Below are positions 56,542 through 64,000 of a stretch of DNA of 64,000 bases, piece by piece. Both the position numbers and the translations under genes were made by a program. Numbering within the stretch: position 1 is the first letter of the stretch; each line of letters begins with the position of its first letter. Below the pieces are notes generated by a model. That model was not told the origin of the DNA. It did not search any database and saw only the letters and a list, made by a program, of their open reading frames with translations. The DNA is from the human T2T-CHM13v2.0 reference genome, Homo sapiens, in the NCBI RefSeq assembly GCF_009914755.1, contig NC_060928.1; one strand, 5' to 3'.

Positions 56542-59500
56542 ATACATAAAAGTGGTCTAAACGTGTTCTTTAAAAAACAAAGTTTCTAACTTCAAAAAAG
56601 TAACCAAGTAAATCTAACAATATGGTCTTCAAAAGAGTCAAACTTACAAAGGCATACTGGATACGAAGGATGAATCAAAAGAGTAAACCAATTAAAAGAA
56701 GTAAAAGAAAATGATGTAGCCATCGTTTTAAGAATCCATTTTAAGACTAAAGGCAGTACTGGGGATAAAAAGGTATCCACTCAATAAAAGATCCAGTTCA
56801 CCTTAAAATATAACAGTGAATAATTCTAAAGTTGTGTCCACCTTGCTGTATAAGATAAAAATTAATAGGATTACAAGAACAACAGTATTACACAGTGCTG
56901 ATACAATTCTTTTGGAAGAATAACCCAGATAAGATTATATAAAAATAATATTAAGGCTGTGACACATGTATTTTATGTGATGTTAACCTACATTACAAAG
57001 TGAAAATTACTGAAACTATAAGTATTCAACATAGAAAATTAAATTAATACAAGAGAACAGATAGTCAAGAAAATAAATCAATTATAAAACTTTAATAAAT
57101 CCCAAATCAGAGCCACACAATAATAGATGAAAAATAATTACTACTAGTAAAGATGTCAGTGTGGAAAAAATGTTATAAACTCATAATTCACCACCTCATG
57201 GCTATGCATTTCAAAAGCATCAAATAATTAAAACCAATTTTAATATAAAAAAAGTATTTTTCATCCCATCTGAAAATGAGACAATAACTTGACTCTTCAA
57301 GAGATGAAGCACAATCATTAGACACAAGATAGATTAAGTACATTTTAAAATTGCACACTAAAATGTAATATAATAAAGATAAAACTTTGATATATAGAAT
57401 ATCAATACATATGTGGAAAAAAAATGCTCCTACAAAATATTTAGGGAATATGTAAGTGTTCAAAGGCCAAATTTCTCCAGATAAATCACAAAGCAGATGA
57501 ACTAATGATATAGAGACTGAAAAATACAGAAAAAACTTCACAGGTGTAATCATGTGTACAGCACCATTATAATTGAAAGTAATAAAAAATGACCAAACTG
57601 CCCCATGAAAGAGGAATGATTAAAGAATCTATCATTTACCAAGTGGATGGAATGTATGATTTTTTTTAAATGACAAGTGTCAGGAAGGATGTCTCTTTCA
57701 CTAAACTTAGCGTTTATGGCCACCAGTAACTCTCACTCATAGTTTGTCATGATATGTATGTAGATATATAGAAGAGGTTTCCACTAAGAAAGTGGCACAT
57801 AAGCTGGGAACAAAGCTTGGGTGGGCTTCAGATCACCTGGATGTAATGGGAAGAGGTCTGAGAGCAGGTGGTGCTGGTGCAGCATAAACACAGAGGAAAG
57901 ATTGAGGGGTCCAATTACAAGGGCCCCTTGGCAGATGGGTCTAATCAGATTGGAAGTGAATGCTGAGTAACTAACTCTTAAGTCAGATAATGAGCAGTCT
58001 TGGATGCCAAGTTATAGAATTTAAACACTATTTAAACAATTCCTGAGGAGGGGAGGGTTATGACCAATACTATTGTTTTTTAGATCATTTAATGTGAAAC
58101 ACATGGGATAACCTAGAAACAGGTAGACTAAATGTAAAATATCAGATGAGAAAACTTAATAAGGAACATTCTCAAAAAGTAGAAGAGTTAGGAATTCATA
58201 CAGTATGCAAAAGAACTAAATACAGTTATTGTAGAAAGACCTAAGTACACTGTAGCCAAATAGCAAATTTTGAGTACAGCTGTAAAAATAGCATGATGTT
58301 GAGAAATACTGAGAAGAAATATGACAAAAAGGGGCCCATGTAAGCTCCATGTTAGAACTATGTGAAGGTAGGGGCATTAGTCAAATGATAAAAGTGAGCT
58401 CTAAGAATAGTATAAATGAATTAATGGGCAAACAGAAAGTTTTGTTTCCTTGTTTTCATAAAAAGCCAAAGTAATGGAGTTAACTGTGTCAAAAAAAAAA
58501 AAAAAAAAAAACAAGCCTGATGACGACAATTGACCTCAAGTATGGAGAGGGAGTGTTAAGGAGACAGATGCTGATTAGCTGATTTTTGTAATACATCTGT
58601 GGAGGACTGTGCAATACAAAATGGGTTTAAACAGGCAAACAAGATGTATTTTTCTGTAAGATATAAAAGCATCTCCTAACACATACTTTGTTTCCACTCT
58701 CTCTTTTACCCCAAAAAGCTATGTAATATGCATCCCTGAAAATCTTCAAGAAGCAGTAACACTCTGCTTTTTAAATTCATGTTTCCTAATGGCCTCCTCA
58801 AGACACATGATTCTGTGATTCTATTAATATGCCATGCTCTATTCAATAAGGCTGTCTTCTAAGCAGATAGCTTCTGCCTGGAGTATATGGAGCTATGATG
58901 AAAGAGAGTACTATCTTGAAGTCAGCTGGAACATACCAGTCAGTCATCAGAGAACAGTGATGCGATAGACACGATTCTATCACTTATTCCACATTTGACA
59001 CTATAATTTTTTCAATCATTAAACCATATCACTCAGACACAGAGAAGAGACAACCTCTTACAAAACTGTCCCCAAGGCCTGATGCACTGTCCAAAAGAGA
59101 CAATTAGTATTTTTCCAAGTATTTCTGAAATTTATTTCACCCTCCCCAAAGCATATCATATCTTGTATACAACCACTTTTTTAAAAGGTTTAAATTTTAA
59201 ACCACTTAACATCTGTGGAACATATAATTCTATTTTATTTTTATCTAGGGGCCTGCCTTGTAATATATAAAGCTAAAACACAAACTCTGTAAGCCTAGAG
59301 GCATCTAAGTTGAAATTTCCTCTAAGACCTACTTAAGGAAGTAGACTTTTTTTTAGAGCTGTAGAATGGAAGCTAGCCACATAAGGTGAAGATCAGTGAA
59401 TCACATCACATCCAGCTGAAAAAGAAAATTAAGTTGTTCCCTGTGGAGAGCAGAGATTTAGGAGGCCAAAGGTGCCTCACAGGCAAGGGGATGTGGGCCT

Positions 59501-61220
59501 AGGAAATAAAATTCTGATCCAGGAGGAAGCTGTCCTGGCAATCCTCTCCTAAAGATCGGTTTGAATTGCCACACGGGTCTTCAGTTTCCCCAACTACTGA
59601 TCTTTTCCAGATCTAACTTCTCTAGACTCAAGAATCACAACCTGAATTTCCGCCCAAGCTTCTGTCCCTAAGGCTTGAAAGTATGTGTCTTTCATGTGTC
59701 AAAAGTGAACACCCTGCTGGTTGCTGGAGGAGAAGAGGGAAGCTTTGTCCTTTCTCAGCTTTACTGTTTGATTTTAAGCAACCAGCTGAGGAAATTCTGG
59801 ACTTAATGAGTCCTTCTTTTGTCCTTGGAAGAGTTACAGAATGCAGCTGTCAGGCAGCAAGAGTCGTACAGGAATCTTACAGATCCTCTGTAATTCTTCA
59901 CATAGCATCGTATTTTACATTATCAGTTACTAGCGGCCTGACAGCTGAGACTACCTCCTATAAATTCCCCAACAAAGGAAGACCAGATGTGTCTTCTTTA
60001 TCAGCCACATTTTCCTGTACATCCTGAGAGGTCTTTGAAGAAAAGCAAATTTTCCTTTTTTCCTATGAACAAAGGAAGGAACAGCATGTATTAATAGAGA
60101 GTTACTAGAATTCAATGACCCAGGAAGCACTTCCTAAGTATCTCTTTGAGCCAGGCATTGAGTGACGATCTATAGATCTGGTTCAGAAGAGTATAAATAA
60201 TTTCTTGCACACCCTGCCTAGGCAGAAACAGCTCTGTGCAGAGGAGAGCTCCAAGCCTCAAGACACATGATAAAGCCTTTATTCTGACAGAATCAGAACT
60301 TTTTAGTAAGAATAAGCATTTTACTGAGATGTAATGTTTAAAAAATACTCAACACAATAGTTTTATAAGACCGTTCTTACACCAACCAGATTTGGACTTA
60401 TACCAATTAGTTATATCTTGCTCTAATAAAGTGACAATTTTATTTCAAATGCTTACTTTTTTCAAGGTTAAACTTCTAAATGTACATGGAGGAGTGGTCA
60501 AAAATAATAATATAGTATGTCTTTCTCATTCTCGTTATCACACAATATTTAAATATATCCAATATTACTTGGTAGCTAGCTTGATATTGTTGGATTACTC
60601 ATACTCTTAAACCTACTTTATAGTGAAGCCAAAATTGATTTGTTGTTGATGTACTGATTGTCATTTCAACATCAGCAATCCAGCTGGTATGATAAAGACC
60701 AGGTCAGCCCAGGAGAATCTCTCAAAACAAATGTGCATATTGATCCCCCCTCTCTCCATTTGCTCTTGACCAGATTTAAGGCTTACTGCGATCTAGGGAC
60801 ACTTGGGAGTATATGTCTTTTCAAATAGAGATAACCCAAAAGCTTCCATAAATTTACTTTAAGGATTAATTTTACTGTTGAAATCTCACCTATAGTAGAA
60901 TATGCTTCTCAAAGAGAAAATAAAACATTTTAAATAAATTGTTTTCCCTCCTATGTACAAAAAAGATGAGCTTTATATCAGTATGACTATGACAAAGAAA
61001 ATATTAAGAACAATAGCATATCATTTTTGTGCAAATTACTACAAAAAGCTAGTATACTTATTACATGTAATTTTATTTTTAAAACTCTGAAGATAGCATT
61101 TACCACTTTCCTGAAATCTCAAGTATAATTCTCCTTCTACTTTCTTTCATTTCCTTCCTTTTTTCACAAACGCCCAATCCAGCTCCTAATAATTTTTAAG
61201 AAAAGCCTAGAAGGCATTAC

Positions 61221-61248
61221 CTTCGTGACTGATTTCCACCTTCAGCAA
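61221..61248 (-). pseudogene. Exon (28 nt, 0-1): LLKVEISHE
   Basis: Acceptor gtgattctgatttttcag|, donor AAG|gtaatg. Confidence 0.62.
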
Positions 61249-61385
61249 CTGAAAAATCAGAATCACAATGGTGCAATTCCAAGTAAGTTTGTATTTAATG
61301 CCGTAGATGCCAATTGTGCTTGTTTCCAAACTTGCTGATCTGGAATGATGAGTGTGAATTTTTCATTCAGAATTTCCTTTTATAC

Positions 61386-61538
61386 CTTTAATAATTCCAT
61401 GGATTCTCAAACATAACTCCAAAATATTATTAGCTACGGGGTTTCTTTTGCACTCAATTTCTCAAGTAAATGAGTCATGCTGTTCTCCAGGACATCTTTT
61501 ACTAGTGAGCTTTTTATTTGGGCTGAAGTAACAGTGAC
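61386..61538 (-). pseudogene. Exon (153 nt, 0-0): VTVTSAQIKSSLVKDVLENSMTHLLEKLSAKETP*LIIFWSYV*ESMELLK
   Basis: Polypyrimidine tract ends in GG instead of AG (decayed acceptor); donor AAG|gtataa; exactly 51 codons with 2 stops; same frame as ORF 61434..61685. Confidence 0.55.
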
Positions 61539-61629
61539 CCCAAGTAATGACAAGCAACAAAAAGAATTGCTTGGAACCCAAATCATGTGTCTGTATGTGA
61601 ATAAACCTAATGCATGTTGTGGTATATAC

Positions 61630-61757
61630 CTGCTTTTTCTTTCATTCTGTATCTCCTCCCTGCCTACGCCAATATTCACTATCATGTTGTATCTTTTTTA
61701 ACAGTTATGCCATATCCAGTCTTTAAAAATTCTTGGAGTAGCATTTTAAATACAGGT
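61630..61757 (-). pseudogene. Possible degraded exon (128 nt, needs a 1-nt frameshift): ...RIFKDWIWHN/LLKKIQHDSEYWRRQGGDTE*KKKQ
   Basis: Donor CAG|gtatat, weak acceptor aatgtag|; ends in phase 0 before a 91-nt intron. The 5' boundary is uncertain. Confidence 0.33.
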
Positions 61758-62758
61758 CTACATTACTTAGAAAAATGCATTCTTTCCCAAATCAAAAAAT
61801 TTTTTTAAAAATTCAAAGTTATTATCTCAGGGTATGGGGGTTCTTGTACTATTTGCCAACCTTAAAACTATATGCATATCAGTAACATGAACAGATTCAG
61901 TCTCAAAATGTGTTTTTTTTAGTGAATTTGATTGGAAACTCATTCCTGATTTAGTGAATTTATTAAATATGATGAGGTATTGAGAATAGGCGTCAGATAA
62001 AATTGCTTAATGATTCTTCTATAGCTAAACTCTGATCCATAGGCTTTTTGTGTATTCACATTAGAATTGAGAGGAGCTAGCAGGCCCAGCAATAGACTGA
62101 CATGTGTGCAGAAAAACATGGACTAAAAATATGTTGCATTTGTATGGCACATCAAATTACTTAATTTCTTATGATTTAGACCTGCCTCATATTGCACCTG
62201 CCTCAAAGGGTTGTAAGGATTAAATGAAACAATGTGGGTGACTCTTGCACACATACTTCAATCACAGTGAATGGGAACTCTCATTCTGATGACTGATCCC
62301 ATTTTCTTCTATAGGTGGCACACATTTCTATTCTATCTATCCTCATAAATCTGTTAATCTTTTCTTAAGTTAGCATTGAAATTAAGTAATAGTTACTGAC
62401 TTTCATTCACCTAGAGTTTTCTTTCTGAAGGGCATTGAGTGATTCACAGTGCATGAATTCCTCAGACTATATTCTATGTCTATATCATTATCTGTTTCTG
62501 GACCCTAGATTTCACTAGAATCAATTAAAAATAATATTGCATTGACTTCATATGAACTTTTTCAAACAAATTTTTAATTTGTGCTTCACTATCCAGCTCA
62601 TTGAAAATTATATTTCCTCTCCCTGATGCTTTCCTCTGTCAGCAGTCTCAATTAGTCCTATTTTTCCATTACTTCCAAACACAAAGCTATAATTTTGATT
62701 CCTTTTAAAAAGAGTTATTGTAAGACAGACTAAAGAAAAAAAATAAAGAAGCCCTTAC

Positions 62759-62800
62759 TTCTGAGAGCTGAAGGTCCCTTCTGAGCAAGGATGGAATACT
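62759..62800 (-). pseudogene. Exon (42 nt, phase 0-0): SIPSLLRRDLQLSE
   Basis: Acceptor gattgttggctttatgtag|, donor GAA|gtaagg; open frame. Confidence 0.55.
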
Positions 62801-63169
62801 CTACATAAAGCCAACAATCACAGATATAAAATTAATCTGGAGCCATGCACAAACTATTTTTTAAAATGGGCTTTAATTAATTTGCTTTAAAGAGAAATAA
62901 AATAACATGTGATCAGTATAATAGTTTATCCTGTTAACTTTGCCCTATAAAATGTTTGCTTGGTCTTTAAAAAAAGCCAGAATCTCTATTTGGAGAACAT
63001 TTTTAGTAGCATAATTACAATATATACTCTTTAAAAATAGAAAACGTTTTTGAGCTTTAGTAGTATAACAAACACTAGTAGTTTCTCACCCAGAAATTGT
63101 TCCCCACAAACACCTTTGTTATTGCTCACAGAATCTCGATTTTGTTTAGGTCTTGTTCATTAAACCCCA

Positions 63170-63662
63170 GTTTTTACTAGGTATCAAATACTCCAATGGC
63201 CTTATCTCTAGATCCAGTCCCAGCCCTCGACCCTGGAGGGGAATCATAATTTGTCCAGATCCTCTTGCTAGTGGTTGCTTTATTCTGGGGTATATGATAT
63301 AGTGCAGGCGAATGAATGAGACAAGAGAGGAAGTCTGATGAAAAGATTCTAAACAGAGATGAAGAGGAAAGAGCTCCTCTTTTGCTCCTCGATGTTGTCA
63401 TGTCTACATGTTATAAAACTGTAGCAGCCATTTTGGGACCATGAAGGAAGTTAGCCTGAAAGGAATTGCTGAAGATGGCAGAGTAGAAAGATGAAAATAA
63501 AGTAAGATTTTCATGACATTAGAAAACTGCGGCGTTAACAAAATTGAAACTGCCTTACCTCTGGGATTCTTGCTAGGTAAGACAATTAATCCTCTTATTA
63601 TTTAAGACACTCTAAGTTGAGATCCTAATACTTGCACCCAAAATCATCCCAACTAAGCTACA
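63170..63662 (+). mobile_element. Old MLT1-type or LTR33-like LTR
   Basis: gcagccattttgggaccatgaagg...gatggcagagtagaaagatg...acttgcacccaaa. Confidence 0.65.
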
Positions 63663-64000
63663 GCAATATCATCTTATAAGATCCTTGATAACAGCTGTAA
63701 GATGCCTAACTTTACTGATAAAACTGGAGGCTCCTCTTACTCTACGGCATTCCAAGCTCATTCTCTATCAGCTCCAAACTCTGTGGGCATAGATTATTAT
63801 AACTTAGAAAGGAAAGGTGATTCAAAGTATTAGGCATACTAATAGATATGTCAAATATAGATGAGTAAGGACAACACATTATAATCATAAGAAAAGAGTA
63901 TGATAAATAAAGAACAGACCTGAATTAATAGCTTTTGTAAAATTTATCATTCTGGAATGCCTATCCAGAACTAATGAATTTTTAGGATAACCTGAATTAG

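Larger units (their letters stand above)
47560..57660 (+). mobile_element. Large composite of old L1M sequence (5' region, ORF1, ORF2 start) hosting nested younger insertions
   Basis: A-rich degenerate ORF1/ORF2 motifs (aaattcactagatgag, aaaatatccttcaaaaat, aaatatgtatgcacct); boundaries approximate. Confidence 0.75.

Noticed and set aside
58796-60271. Exact 16-bp direct repeat cctcaagacacatgat (58796-58811 and 60256-60271)
   Set aside because: One 16-mer match in 64 kb of AT-rich DNA is compatible with chance, and the match does not extend.
60617-60730. Possible extra minus-strand exon ending AAA|gtaggt
   Set aside because: Poor acceptor, and its phase does not fit the 61221 to 46335 junction.

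Overview
AT-rich primate (human-like) genomic DNA, roughly half interspersed repeats: 8 Alus plus one short Alu copy, young and old L1, L2, MIR, MaLR/ERV LTRs including a complete MSTA provirus, and hAT/Tigger DNA transposons. I see no intact protein-coding gene, rRNA, tRNA or CRISPR array. Most listed ORFs are repeat-derived or chance. The main hidden signal is a chain of 14-15 minus-strand exons (62800 to 2126) in the repeat-free islands, mostly with GT-AG signals. Their splice phases join into one reading frame of about 640-685 codons, broken by at least 11 stops, 3-4 single frameshifts and two decayed acceptors. This is best read as the fossil of a large multi-exon gene (candidate unitary pseudogene) that extends beyond both window ends. 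I do not recognise the protein. Secondary signals: a 121-bp near-perfect hairpin (25727-25847), short locally templated duplications (46 bp, 57 bp and a double fold-back insertion), a twin-primed 5'-inverted L1PA, and a palindromic AT-rich Alu tail. Repeat subfamily names come from recalled consensus features, not from a search.
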